A stretch of 63,719 nucleotides of DNA, filler included, from Octopus bimaculoides (GCF_001194135.2; 5 parts of 5 records of this genome joined end to end with filler, not necessarily neighbours in it), one strand, 5' to 3'. Counted from the first letter of the whole stretch, positions 1-13,699 are shown. A program made the numbers and translations. The notes: generated by a model from the sequence alone, not told the origin.

Positions 1-145
1 ATATATATATATATATATATATATTTTATATATATATACACGCACAGAGAAACACACGTGCACACACACATATACAAACGCAGACAGTATACATATAACT
101 CAAAAACAAAAACAGTTCATGAAAAGAAAGCATTAACTCCTAGTA

Positions 146-302
146 CAATGGTTTCCAACCTTTTCACTACCACGGACCCCTTTTATTTCAATGAATTCTC
201 CCACGGACCCCAAGATATTGAAAGGTCTGTACAGGGCCTCCGCCCCAAGTACTACCTTTCCGGACCACGAGGGGTCCGCGGACCACAGGTTGGAAACCAC
301 TG
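146..302. mobile_element. hAT (Charlie-like) MITE, 157 bp
   Basis: TIRs CAATGGTTTCCAACC (146-160) and GGTTGGAAACCACTG (288-302). 8-bp TSD TCCTAGTA (138-145) / TTCTAGTA (303-310) with one mismatch. 8-bp CTAG-centred TSDs are typical of hAT-Charlie elements. Confidence 0.8.
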
Positions 303-319
303 TTCTAGTACTTACATGT

Positions 320-357
<38 letters not shown>

Positions 358-1074
358 NNNNNNNNNNNNNNNNNNNNNNNNNNNNNNNNNNNNNNNNNNN
401 NNNNNNNNNNNNNNNNNNNNNNNNNNNNNNNNNNNNNNNNNNNNNNNNNNNNNNNNNNNNNNNNNNNNNNNNNNNNNNNNNNNNNNNNNNNNNNNNNNNN
501 NNNNNNNNNNNNNNNNNNNNNNNNNNNNNNNNNNNNNNNNNNNNNNNNNNNNNNNNNNNNNNNNNNNNNNNNNNNNNNNNNNNNNNNNNNNNNNNNNNNN
601 NNNNNNNNNNNNNNNNNNNNNNNNNNNNNNNNNNNNNNNNNNNNNNNNNNNNNNNNNNNNNNNNNNNNNNNNNNNNNNNNNNNNNNNNNNNNNNNNNNNN
701 NNNNNNNNNNNNNNNNNNNNNNNNNNNNNNNNNNNNNNNNNNNNNNNNNNNNNNNNNNNNNNNNNNNNNNNNNNNNNNNNNNNNNNNNNNNNNNNNNNNN
801 NNNNNNNNNNNNNNNNNNNNNNNNNNNNNNNNNNNNNNNNNNNNNNNNNNNNNNNNNNNNNNNNNTATTACAATTTTAAGGTATGTATGTATGTATGTAT
901 GTATGTGTGTATTTATCTTCATCGACAATCGTATTTGAAGATCTACTGTCTCTTCCTGGTTGAATATTTTTTCTGTTTGTTCTTGACCGCATTTCTGTGC
1001 CTTAAGGCAAGCCGATACGTTTACTTACATAGAACAATTAGAAGACATGAAATAAAGACTAGGAATATACACAC

Positions 1075-1138
<64 letters not shown>

Positions 1139-1589
1139 AGAGAGAGAAAGGTAGAAAGAAAGCGAAAGGACGGAGAGGGGGAAAGAATGAATGTGGAAGA
1201 GTAAAAGGACTTTCTCTTGAGTCTGCAATTTGTCTTTTAATGTACAAAGCTTCATATCTGCAACAGTCTCATTTATACGTATTACTTTCGAACGAAGGAG
1301 AGGGTTTTCTAGTAATTGCTCCAATTTGCTAGAAATAGCTGGCAGTGGCGTACAAATCTCACTCGAATATCTAAAACGGAAATGGAAATTAAATAAGTGG
1401 CTTCAGAAGAATACATATTCTTAGAGAAAATTTGTCACGAATCCATCTGTTTCGCCCAGGGTTTATCAGATTATTCAAGATGTTTAGGCTGCCTGTACAA
1501 GAATTAAGCCGCACCTCACTAAAAAAAATGCGGGACGCCTGTCCTCTCCGGTGTTAACCCACAATTGCTCCAGGTACTCCTTCCTTCTC

Positions 1590-1706
1590 AGACGAGTGTA
1601 TAGGAATAATGTAAAACGAAGCGCAACTTGTCGACCAGAGCGAGGATTGAAAGCGAGTCCTAAAGCTCGTGCGTCAAGAGCACGCCTACCACTGGGTCAT
1701 GCCACC
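1590..1706 (-). mobile_element. degenerate tRNA-derived SINE head
   Basis: Minus strand reads GGTGGCATGACCCAGTGGTAGG (A-box-like) ... GCTTTCAATCC (B-box-like). The 3' extent is unclear. Confidence 0.4.
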
Positions 1707-3073
1707 TTGAACGGTCTTAGACGGGTCATTAAAAAGTAATTAAACAAAAAACAAATACAAAAGGGATTGCCATGGTTGGATCAGTGGCTAAACAGCAACA
1801 TCAACTACTACTACTACTAATACTACTACTATTACTACGACTGGTGTTGATGCTGCTGCTGCTACTATTGCGCATGCTAATTCTACTTCTATTACTAATA
1901 CTGCCATCACCAATAACAGTGAGGATTATGAGGATAGTGACGATTATGATGCTGATGATGCTGACGGTGAGGTGGTGTTGGTGGGAGTAATGATACTAAA
2001 GCTAAATCCTACAAAGGATTAGACTCTGGTTTTCTTCTGACTCTGCCAATCTGGTCGACTCTCGTCCAGCTGACTAATATCAAATTCCAACGACTTAAAG
2101 TCAATGTTAGAAAAACGCGTGATCTTATAACTGTAAAGAAAGTGGGAGAGAGAGGGAGAGAAAGGGCGATAAATAGATAGAGATAGGGAGATACAAAGAG
2201 AAGGCTGAGAGAGTGACAACGAGAAAGTGTGAGAGAGAGAGAGAGAAAGAGTAAAAAGAAAGACTGAAAGAGTGAATGGGAAAGCGGACATTTTGGAAAG
2301 TCTGTGGAGAACGTACACAGGCAACTGAAAAGGAGAGGGGCCGTATTATAGAAGGTAAGGGGACAGATACAAAAAAGTGAAAGACAGAAAGCCTGAACTC
2401 TTTAAGTTTAGGGTGGGGCGTACATTGGAGGGTGAAAGATAAGGGGGGGGGTCATATTTTGGAGGGTGGAGGGAGAAATATACTGGAGGAAGTAACACCG
2501 AACGAAAAGGTATGTTTCATGTTACAGAGACATATTCTAAGTCTTCGAATAAATGGTTCTTTTTCGGGTTGCCGTCCCCTTTGACACCTAGGCCACATAT
2601 CTAGCACCTCTCACCCCAACTAACCATCACAAACATACACCTTTTTCTGAAGCAAATTCAAAGCAACTGTATTTCATAAATAAAACTTTACCTAACGAAC
2701 CCATTATTTTGTGGGTTTACATGAATCGCTACCTCATTATGATCCCAATTTTTTTACTTGAATCACTACGCCAATATCACTCCACTTTCCCTCAACGTGT
2801 CCTTGGAACTTTCCACCGCCCTAGGGTGGGCAATACCATCCACTTTGGGAACCGCTTGATCTTCGAAGTTATGCGCTTATTTAATGAAAAGACATAACAG
2901 ATTCGGTGGGGTAGTGAATGTGCGTGTGCGCGTAGAGAGAGAAATTATGGAAGTGAAAAGAGGAAAAGAAAGTAAGGGTAGGTAGAGAAAGAAAAAGCGA
3001 GAAAGAGAAAGAGGAAAAAGGAGAGTAGGAGAAACTGATGTACAGTATATAGATTTATTAGTAAACAGGATGA

Positions 3074-3119
<46 letters not shown>

Positions 3120-3494
3120 NNNNNNNNNNNNNNNNNNNNNNNNNNNNNNNNNNNNNNNNNNNNNNNNNNNNNNNNNNNNNNNNNNNNNNNNNNNNNNNNN
3201 NNNNNNNNNNNNNNNNNNNNNNNNNNNNNNNNNNNNNNTATATATTTATATATGAGAGAGTGAGAGAGAGAGAGAGAGAAAAAGATAGATCGATAGCTAG
3301 ATATTAATATACAGGCATACACGCGCGCGTGCACACACACACACACACACATACATTTACACACACATATTATATATGCACATATATTTAATATACATTA
3401 TACAGATATATATATACATACGTATATATATGTATATATATACATACATATCTTTCTATTTGCCTATATATCTGAGCGCGTGTATGTATGTATG

Positions 3495-3561
<67 letters not shown>

Positions 3562-4413
3562 GTATAGATACACAAACACATATACACACACATATATGCA
3601 CGCACGCCTATACATGCATGCAAATATAGGAAAACTCTGCGAAATCCGTTCGTAATTCCTGTCACGAACTCAGTGGCATTAGCTTTCAACATAATGCACC
3701 TTGTCTGGGACTAATTTTTCATAGTTTGGTCACACTTTGCAAATACACACACCACACACAGAAGCGCAAACTCATGTGCGCATATGAGAATACTTGGGCA
3801 GGAACATACTCACACACGCACACGTATATAACTGACCTATGTACAGAACACACACACACACACACACATATATATATGTGATACACAAAACCATAGACCC
3901 ACACACATGAGAGTAATAAATTCTTGACAGTTGATGATGACATACAATTATAAGATATTGCAGACTGGCCGTCGTTATGCAGCAAGAGTTAAAACCACTT
4001 GCATTCTTACGTGTCAATAACGAGAAATCAACTCAGCCATATAACATACTAGAAATAGATGCTAACTCCTCTTCGCAATACACGTAGCAAAAGTTTGAAG
4101 CAAGTAATCATACATACGCCTCTTTCCCTATTTCTGTCCGCGTAATTCTTTCAAATTTTTTTTTAAATACAAGGCCAGCAATTCCTTGAGGAGGGGAGAG
4201 TTTCATTGCCTTATGTTTTTTCGCAGCTATAAGTGGCTTAACTGCTATTTCTAGCCATACATATGTGCTTATAGTACATACAATCACAAATATTGACGAA
4301 TAAATGTTGCCTATATAGTTTATATCTCGCCCAGTTGCCCGCGTTAATTTTACACTATATGATTTGGCATTTCGTTAAATTAGACATTATATATATGTGT
4401 TTATGTATGTTTG

Positions 4414-4444
<31 letters not shown>

Positions 4445-4952
4445 GCATGTGTGTGCATGTATGTATGTACAGTGTTCCGGTCAGTTTCTTGTTACGAAGT
4501 CTCGCAACTTGGCTGAAGACCCTGTGTAGCCACAGAGGAAACTCAGAGTTGCAAGAGACTGACTGTACGATAATAAAAATGTTATTAACCTTTACGATGT
4601 TACCGAGTACTCATTTTTCCGACAGTCAACTCTAAATGCATGTATGTATGTATGTATGTATGTATGTATGTCTATGTCTCACACTCTTAAGATATTTCTT
4701 ATAGTTCTGTTAGGAAGAATAAAAAATATAATAAATGCCGTAGTCAATGAAAAGCGATATGGATTTAGGGACAACAAAGGCACGAGATGGCATACTTTGA
4801 TTCAAACACTAAAATAAATACAAATACAGAAAGACCTATTTGCTTGGTTCGTAAATTATACCAAAGTATTTGACTGCATACACAAGTGAGTCCATCATCT
4901 CAATAGAAAAAAATGTCGGCTTAAATGGAAAGAGCATCAGATTTATCTGTGT

Positions 4953-5070
4953 GCTTACGGCCATATCACGTTGAGAGCACCGGTTCTCGTCCGATCACCG
5001 AAGTTAAGCAACGTCGAGCCTAGTGAGTACTTAGATGGGTGACCGCTTGGGAAACCTAGGTGCTGTAAGC
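4953..5070 (+). rRNA. 5S rRNA: 5S rRNA sequence, full length; probably a retroposed copy (A-tail, no T-run terminator)
   Basis: GCTTACGGCCATATCACGTTGAGAGCACCGGTTCTCGTCCGATCACCGAAGTTAAGCAACGTCGAGCCTAGTGAGTACTTAGATGGGTGACCGCTTGGGAAACCTAGGTGCTGTAAGC. Helix I pairs (GCTTAC/GTAAGC) and boxes A and C are present. It is followed by A6 and then a gap. The 5S identity is near certain; functionality is doubtful. Confidence 0.95.
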
Positions 5071-5391
5071 AAAAAANNNNNNNNNNNNNNNNNNNNNNNN
5101 NNNNNNNNNNNNNNNNNNNNNNNNNNNNNNNNNNNNNNNNNNNNNNNNNNNNNNNNNNNNNNNNNNNNNNNNNNNNNNNNNNNNNNNNNNNNNNNNNNNN
5201 NNNNNNNNNNNNNNNNNNNNNNNNNNNNNNNNNNNNNNNNNNNNNNNNNNNNNNNNNNNNNNNNNNNNNNNNNNNNNNNNNNNNNNNNNNNNNNNNNNNN
5301 NNNNNNNNNNNNNNNNNNNNNNNNNNNNNNNNNNNNNNNNNNNNNNNNNNNNNNNNNNNNNNNNNNNNNNNNNNNNNNNNNNNNNNNNNNN

Positions 5392-5579
5392 GGTATTTCG
5401 TCTGCCGTTACGTTCCGAGTTCAAATTCCACCGAGGTCGACTTTGCCTTTCATCCTTTCGGGGTCGATAAATTAAGTACTAGTTATGCACTGGGGTCGAT
5501 GTAATCGACTTAATCCCTTTGTCTGTCCTTGTTTGTCCCCTCTATGTTTAGCCCCTTGTGGGCAATAAAGAAATAAGAA
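5392..5579 (+). mobile_element. tRNA-derived SINE (GGCAGAAxCGTTAGC family); 5' end hidden in the gap
   Basis: B-box GAGTTCAAATTCC. Body and tail (GCCCCTTGTGGGCAATAAAGAAATAAGAA) closely match the complete minus-strand copy at 30407-30640. Confidence 0.85.
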
Positions 5580-7654
5580 TTATCTGTGTGCAATACTGGA
5601 ACCAAACGACAACCATAGAAATAGATCAAAAATTGTTAGAATCCGCAGAAATCAGAAGAGGTGTAAGACTGGGATGTGTGTTCACACCATACCTGTTTAA
5701 TATTCTACAATGTGTACGTTTTTCAAAGATTCAAATGAGATCAAGGAATCGCAATCAACAACATGAACATAAACAATGTAAGAGAAGCTGATGATTGGAA
5801 GAAAGCAATGAGATCTTACAAGAAATTATTGATGTTGGAAAAGAGATAAGTGCTAAGAACGGACTTAACTATGAAGGTAAAAAAAAGATAAAAAAGCAAA
5901 CAATGGTTATTAGAAAGAGAGAACAAAAGAAAGAAAGCATAGAAGTAGATAGACAAAAGGGTGAACAAGTAAAACTTGTAAGTATTTAGAATTAATAAAT
6001 CAGTTGAATTAATAAATCAGAAGGGTCGCTGCGTAGAAGTCACTCGGAGAATAAATAAGGCTAAAACTATTTATAAGATTGAAAAAAATCTTCACTTGAA
6101 AGTAAAGAACAATGCAACTACAATTAAAGTTGGTAAACTGTTATTTTTTTGTCAATTTTCTATGCTACGCAAAGACTTGAACCATGTACAAAGCTATGAA
6201 ATGGACTGGAGAAAATAGCTAGGCTGATTGTATGTATAAAGCACAAAGGGAAATTGTTGTGTCGACGTCCCCAAGCGAAGAAGTAGGATATACTTTGATA
6301 TATAAGAAAAAAAATTTAAGAATATTCTAAGCATATTGCTTAGAAGGTCGTGATAAAGACATTCTAAAATGAATTTATAACGGAATTAGATTATCTTATG
6401 GGTAGAAGTACATAGTATATTTTAGAGCAATAGAAAGAACTATTCTCTTCATTACGGGTGGACAACTATATGATATTGTAAAATATGGTATCGAATATAA
6501 GAGGTGATTGATTTAGCGGTATATTAAATGTATAAGGGCGTACATTCGGAAACAATACCTACACCGATTTGGGCATGTAAGCATTTAATAAATATTGCAT
6601 GGTTAAAAAAAATATACTAAAATAAGGATTGTCATATCCAGTAAATTATATAAAAAGACCTTATAGAAAAATTATTTATAAATTACAAACGCTAGGGAAG
6701 TATATGAAAAGATATACAAATGTATAAAAATATCAAATATATAGAAAATATATAAAGCATAATGGATAATTATAAATATAAAATATAATATTGTATTACA
6801 CAGTGAGTTTTATGGAGAGAGATTATAAACTCTTGATAAGCTATAGAAGCTTCACAAATGTATAAGAGGGTTTATAAATACATAAACTTAATAATATAAA
6901 ATATAAATATTTTATGAAATATGTCTTTAAAGAATGATATAAAACGTATAACAGATTAAATTAAGGATGAGTCAAAATAAAATAAGGATTATTCTATAGA
7001 TTATGATATAAATTATATTGGTATATTGAAAAGAATTCTTATATATGTTATTATAAATACCATGTAAAATACAAAAGTATATATGAACTATTAATTGAAA
7101 AAAATATAAATAAAGATACATATGAAAACGGGTTTATAAAATATTTCTAAAGTACATCAAATGCACTGATCTAGGTAGAATAATAACAGATCGTAGGGGT
7201 TACACCTTATACTTAGGGGAGGTGCAGGATTTAGTAATCCATTGTAAATTTGTTATACTATGAGGAAAGAGAACTCCAATACTGAAGCGGGGTAAATATA
7301 TGATATAATTATTAAAAGATTACAGATCGAAGGGGTTAAAATTTATTAGAAAGCAAAACGATAGAGATTTCGAGATAATAGAGGGCATGCTATGAATGAT
7401 ATGCCCCCCCCCCCCCGGATAACTTGTTCTTCCAAATCATAGTATGATATACTTATTATTATCTGCTTCTAAAGTATTTAAAGGTATGAGTAATCCTATG
7501 AACACAAGACCTAAGACCTAATTTATTATTAATCACATTTTGTTTATATCTGAATATTTCATATACCTCCTTGCAACACAGTTCACATCTATACCGGCTT
7601 TTTGCGTATGGCTATATCCTATTTTAGGCTGAATTTACTACTACTGTCTTTGGG

Positions 7655-7864
7655 TCCTCAGATTTTCGTAGATAATGTGTACCCTTAACGTAGTTCTGAG
7701 GGAGATTCGGCGTGACACAGAATGTCACAAGGATGACCCTTTTGAATTACAGATATAAATCCTTTTTGCCAAGTGAAAGGACTGGAGTATTGTGAAACAA
7801 AGTGTTTTGCTTTGGGAATTGAACTCACGACGCTACGATTATGAGCCAAGTACCACTTTCATGC
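7655..7864 (-). mobile_element. degenerate tRNA-SINE (CORE-like centre, tail shared with 59454-59840)
   Basis: Minus strand has GTGAGTTCAATTCC, a CORE-like centre and CTGTAATTCAAAAGGG..GTGTCACGCCGAATCTCCC..GAACTACGTTAAGGGTACAC. Confidence 0.6.
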
Positions 7865-8031
7865 CATACATATATACTCACATATATACATACATACACA
7901 CGTACATGCACACACACACACGTATATATAAATATACACAGATATATACATATATATACATGTATATAAACATATATATATATATACACATAAATACACA
8001 TATATGTATATGTATGTATGTATATATAAAC

Positions 8032-8062
<31 letters not shown>

Positions 8063-9283
8063 AATACACATATATGTATATGTATGTATGCATATATATA
8101 CATATATATACACATATACACACATATATATACACAAAGGTCATACAATTACACAAAGACGTGCATACGTTCCTCACACACAAACACATCACACATGTAC
8201 ATATCTACACTTGGACACGTAGACAAATTATCAAATTAACATAAACAGGATCAGCAGTATTTATTGCATTGCAGGTCAGCAAACAATTCTATTTAGAACG
8301 TCGTTGTATCTAACTTCAATTAACTTCCCCCCATTAATAAATGTAATTTAGAGTTTTAAAATAAGAAACAATTTCTTTGAAATTAATCATTAAAGAGATG
8401 AAATTAATGATATTTACTAGGCTTTATTGATCGATAATGTTTATAGGTATTTATAGGTATTCAACAGCTTTGTGAAAATCTATCTTCAGGACAGTAATTT
8501 AACTTATAAGCAAGACGAATGTAAACTGTTCTTATATATATAATATGACAATATATAAATATATGTGTGTGTTTGAATATGTATACATACATACATACAT
8601 ACACATATATATATATTTATATATATATACACATACATATGTTATCTATCTATTTATACATATATACGTTATACATGTATATATATATATATATATGCAT
8701 ATATGTGTGTGTTATATGTCTATCTATATATATGTTCATGTGTGTGCTTGTATATATACATATGTATATATATATATATATATATATGCACACACACATA
8801 CATAGACACATATTTATTTTTCTCACATCTTTTTTTATTTATTTAAAGAGATATATAAATATATTTACATATGCCCTCTCTCTCTCTTTATACATATATG
8901 AATACATATATATNNNNNNNNNNNNNNNNNNNNNNNNNNNNNNNNNNNNNNNNNNNNNNNNNNNNNNNNNNNNNNNNNNNNNNNNNNNNNNNNNNNNNNN
9001 NNNNNNNNNNNNNNNNNNNNNNNNNNNNNNNNNNNNNNNNNNNNNNNNNNNNNNNNNNNNNNNNNNNNNNNNNNNNNNNNNNNNNNNNNNNNNNNNNNNN
9101 NNNNNNNNNNNNNNNNNNNNNNNNNNNNNNNNNNNNNNNNNNNNNNNNNNNNNNNNNNNNNNNNNNNNNNNNNNNNNNNNNNNNNNNNNNNNNNNNNNNN
9201 NNNNNNNNNNNNNNNNNNNNNNNNNNNNNNNNNNNNNNNNNNNNNNNNNNNNNNNNNNNNNNNNNNNNNNNNNNNNNNNNNNN

Positions 9284-9324
<41 letters not shown>

Positions 9325-9751
9325 TAGATAGATAGATAGATATGACCCCAACAGGCCCATATAACATTCTTGAGAGTCCACACCAACAAAATAGTAAATT
9401 GGCGATTCACAGTATTATATTAAAGGCCTATAAATAAATTTTGCTTTTGATGTCTTTATTCCAAGAAACAGCTAAATTTCTTTATTTGGTGTTTCAAATA
9501 GATCAACCTAATGTGTGCAAAACAAAATAAGAATTTTGAAAGGAATACCTATAAAACTAGTTATTAAACATAGAATGGCTACGAGGGTCCAGTTGAGTAA
9601 ATTATTAATAAAAGGGGCCTATAAGTAACAAATGGTTGACAACCACTGCTTCATACTCGGGAAATATTTCCGGTCCTATCAGTGCAGAATATATTTCAGC
9701 AGCCATTAGTTCATGAGAGACCAACAATAGAATACTACGCTCACATTTAGT

Positions 9752-10006
9752 GTGGAGGCGCGTGGGTTAGTGGTTAGTATGCTGAACTCATTATTGTAAG
9801 ATTGTGATTTCGATTCCTGGACCGGACGACGCGTTGTGCTCTTGTACGAAACATTTCATTTTATGTTTCTCCAGTCCACTCAGCTGGCAAAAATGAGTAA
9901 TCCTGCGACGGAACAGCGTCTTGTCCAAGTGGAGAATTTATACGCCATGAAAAGAGGGAAGCCGGCCTTTATGAGTCGGCTTGAGTCTAGAAGGTAACTT
10001 TACTTA
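9752..10006 (+). mobile_element. tRNA-derived SINE with CORE-like centre
   Basis: Head GTGGAGGCGCGTGGGTTAGTGG and B-box-like TTTCGATTCC. 12-bp TSD CTCACATTTAGT at 9740-9751 and 10007-10018. Short ACTTT-type tail. Confidence 0.8.
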
Positions 10007-10360
10007 CTCACATTTAGTACAGCACCGTCGCTACACACAGTGACAGTGACATCCTGAATCTCCACCAGACTAGAGTCATTCGACTGATTGAAGTTACAAC
10101 ACTTTTGTATAATTTTTCTCGTTACTATCCGTGGCTTACAACCCTCCAGGCTAGCTGGGGCAATACTCCCAACACTCTAACATCTCTCATGCACTCTTTT
10201 ATCTTCGTCTCGACGTATTTGTGTCTAATGACATACCAGTCTTTATGCTAAACATTTTGCTCAATCATTCTGTATACTTATACAAAGAAGAATGCATATG
10301 TGTTGAGAAATATGTACTTCTGTTCTTACATATATTTGTTCATGAACGTGTATTTGTATA

Positions 10361-10396
<36 letters not shown>

Positions 10397-10444
10397 TGTA
10401 NNNNNNNNNNNNNNNNNNNNNNNNNNNNNNNNNNNNNNNNNNNN

Positions 10445-10456
10445 TTAATTAATTAA
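10445..10456. other. synthetic assembly spacer TTAATTAATTAA inside N44/N44 (also at 20268-20279, 32883-32894, 62141-62152)
   Basis: The identical 12-mer encodes stops in all six frames. It is flanked by exactly 44 N on each side (100 bp in total) at four places. Confidence 0.95.
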
Positions 10457-10624
10457 NNNNNNNNNNNNNNNNNNNNNNNNNNNNNNNNNNNNNNNNNNNN
10501 TATATATATATAAAAATATATAAATATATATATATGCATATATATATACATACATATACATATGTATATATATGTGTGTATATATGTATCTATCTATTTC
10601 TCTCTCTCTCTCTCTCTCTGTCTA

Positions 10625-10665
<41 letters not shown>

Positions 10666-11087
10666 GCATGTATGCTTGTATGTATATAGATATGTCCTGA
10701 AACATTGAGAGGAGAAGGTGTCTCCTTACGCAAAGGAAAAGACGAAGGAAACACCTTATTTGGTCATTTTTGTTCCTGCATCAAAAATCTTGACACTTGA
10801 CACTAGATAACCCCTTATCTTTTTTCTTTTTTCTTTTGTTGTTTTTACTGGGTTTGTTACTTTTTATTCTTTCATCACCATTGCATTATTTCTGGACAGT
10901 TCCCTCAAGGGACATCATCCTGGTGAACAAAAGAAATAAGGCAGCTATCAATCCTCTTAGACTGTTTTAGCATTATTTCTACCACTTTACTCACACACAC
11001 ACACACACACGTACACACATGCACACAGACACACACATTCATGCACACACACACATATATATATGAATAAATATTCATGCATGTATG

Positions 11088-11154
<67 letters not shown>

Positions 11155-11824
11155 ACATTTTTATTTGTATGTATATATTGTACATATTGTATATATAAAG
11201 ATGTATATATGCATATATATATATATATCGATACATACATACATACATACATGCATATATATAAATATCAACAATGGACAGAGACTTTTATACATATGTA
11301 AGACCCGACATACATATAAGTATACAAACGTTTATATGCTTTTATATGTGTGTGTGCGATAAATATGTGTGTGTATTTATGTGTATGTACATATATGTAT
11401 ATATTTATATTATATAAATATGTGTCTGTGCATGTATGTGTGTAAGTATATATAAACACATCCACTCGTACACATTCACATGTACATCAAGTGGCCTCGT
11501 TACGGGACTTCTAAATAATTACAAGTCGTGTCTTGGCCCCTAAGGTTACATAAATGAATAAATAAAAAGTTTAACAGCGAAATGATGTTAATAGATTAGT
11601 TTCAAATACGTTTCCCTTTTTGTTTTTTTTTTCTCTTTCATTTTTGCTGCTTCAAGTAGATGTGTTAATCCAGAGGAAAAACGAAAATGATGTATGCATC
11701 ATTTGGTCAAACTTAACTCTCTCAACCAGTCGCTCTGTCACCTTCATCTTTCTAAACAGAGGCACATGGGATCTGAGACATCACTCTATATCCCTAATGC
11801 TACACTTCACAGATTATCAATTTA

Positions 11825-11874
11825 TTGTAGTAGTAGTTGTAGTAGTAGTAGTAGTAGTAGTAATAGTAGTAGTT

Positions 11875-11919
<45 letters not shown>

Positions 11920-11946
11920 TCACCATCATCCTCATAATAATAATAA

Positions 11947-12026
<80 letters not shown>

Positions 12027-12050
12027 TGTATTATTATTATTATTATTTTC
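11825..12050. repeat. compound trinucleotide microsatellite (GTA)n/(ATT)n
   Basis: Direct reading. It is the source of the poly-V/S/I/L ORFs in the track. Confidence 0.95.
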
Positions 12051-12563
12051 CTTTCACTTACTACTAATACCACTGCTGCTATAACTACTACTGTAGTATT
12101 ACTATTACTATTACAACTAGTACTACTACATTATGGTCAATTGTGTTAGTAGTAGTTGTATTACAGAACTACAACTAATTTTGTTATTATTATCAGTCAT
12201 TTTTCTATTATTGTGATTCCATTTACTTTTGTTATACGTTTTAATTATATTTTTCATTTACTTACCTTTACATTTAGATAAAACCCATTGGCAGGACAGT
12301 TTCTTCTGTCTTGCTCTTCTCTCAATCTCACCCATATTTAATCTTAAATGATGTTTTAACACAATGGCACTTTCCTGTTATTTCCTTCTTGAGTGGGTTG
12401 GTCCATTGAGCAAGGACGGACAGAGTCTACTGCCTATTAAGTAACTTATCGAACTTAGTCAAAAGAAGCTATGATTCGATTTAGTTTAACGTTACTATAA
12501 TTTCAAGAACCGCGCTATTCATTTACTTTTATTCTCCAGTAATCAGCTTTGTGTGTCTGTGTC

Positions 12564-12624
<61 letters not shown>

Positions 12625-12934
12625 ATATATATATGTCTGTGTGTGTGTATCAATATGTGTATAAATACTTATGTGTCTCTATTCACAAACACACATTTTC
12701 CTAATCTATTCATTCCTTATGGAGTCATTAATATATGATACGTATTCAGAATACAGTCATTAGCATAATATATGTCGATAATATATAATGGGATAATAAG
12801 TGATGACAGGCAAAATAATGTCATCGTGTCATATCAATGCTTTTAATATGTTTTTGTACGTAGCAAGGAGAAGATAGAAGCACACTCAAGGACCAATCAC
12901 ACATGTCCCAGCAAAATATTATGGTTATAACTGC

Positions 12935-12984
<50 letters not shown>

Positions 12985-13364
12985 TTATCACTAGGTGAGT
13001 ACTCATTTCAAGCCGAGATGATTAGATCAAAGAGAAGGAAATGCGTTGCTCGAAGACAACGCACCACACTATTCTGACTTACTTAATCTATGTAAACCGC
13101 CTAAACTTTCTTTGCGTAACTTGTATATGTTACTTATAAATGCACGGACAGAATTCACCTAATTCAAGCAGGAGCAGCATGATACAAGGTGTGTGATAAA
13201 GGGTTGCTTCTCTAAATTACAGGTACGATTCTCCCAAAGGTTTCTGTACAGTTTCTTGTTTACTCAATTATATTTAAAAGAAATTAAACTCTGCCTTATA
13301 TGATGGGGATGGATCCGGGTCATCGTGGTTGCAGAAGCGGCCCTCTAAACTATTCGGCCATATA

Positions 13365-13536
<172 letters not shown>

Positions 13537-13699
13537 TTTCTTTATTAACCACAAGGGTTTACATTAAGAAAAAATTATGAGCGGTACAGGACAAAATAAA
13601 GTATGCGTGTGTGTGTGTTGGTGTGAATGTATGTTGTGAGGGTTTTGCGTGTGAAGAAAACGAACAAAATTAGCAACAACAACAACAATAATAATACCC

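Larger units (their letters stand above)
4745..6290 (+). mobile_element. decayed RTE-type LINE reverse transcriptase remnant, interrupted by the 5S/SINE insertion
   Basis: Left part translates approximately as YGFRDNKGTRD..IQKDLFAWFVNYTKVFDCIH..IEKNVGLNGKSIRFICV. It resumes after 5580 as IICVQYWNQTTTIEIDQKLLESAEIRRGVRLGCVFTPYLFNI. These match the RT motifs QxGFR..TRD, FIDYxKAFD and RRGVRQGCxLSPxLFN. Stops and frameshifts are present, and the right boundary is approximate. Confidence 0.8.

Noticed and set aside
58-1204. Long ORFs with X runs (also near 8567-9410, 17886-18456, 24594-25236, 31133-31661, 40482-41406, 51285-51881)
   Set aside because: They are open only because they run through N-gaps and TA/CA microsatellites.
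1772-1990. Leu/Met-rich hydrophobic ORF resembling a membrane or signal peptide
   Set aside because: It is encoded by degenerate (CTA)/(CTG)/(GAT) trinucleotide runs, with no splice or homology support.
6400-7350. Very AT-rich kilobase, checked for fold-back symmetry
   Set aside because: Only weak, short similarities were found. There is no convincing inverted repeat or coding frame.
12860-12933. Exon-like segment on the minus strand after a (TC)n tract (VITIIFCWDMCDWSLSVLLSSPCY)
   Set aside because: The pyrimidine tract is a microsatellite, the donor (GTACAA) is weak and I do not recognise the peptide.
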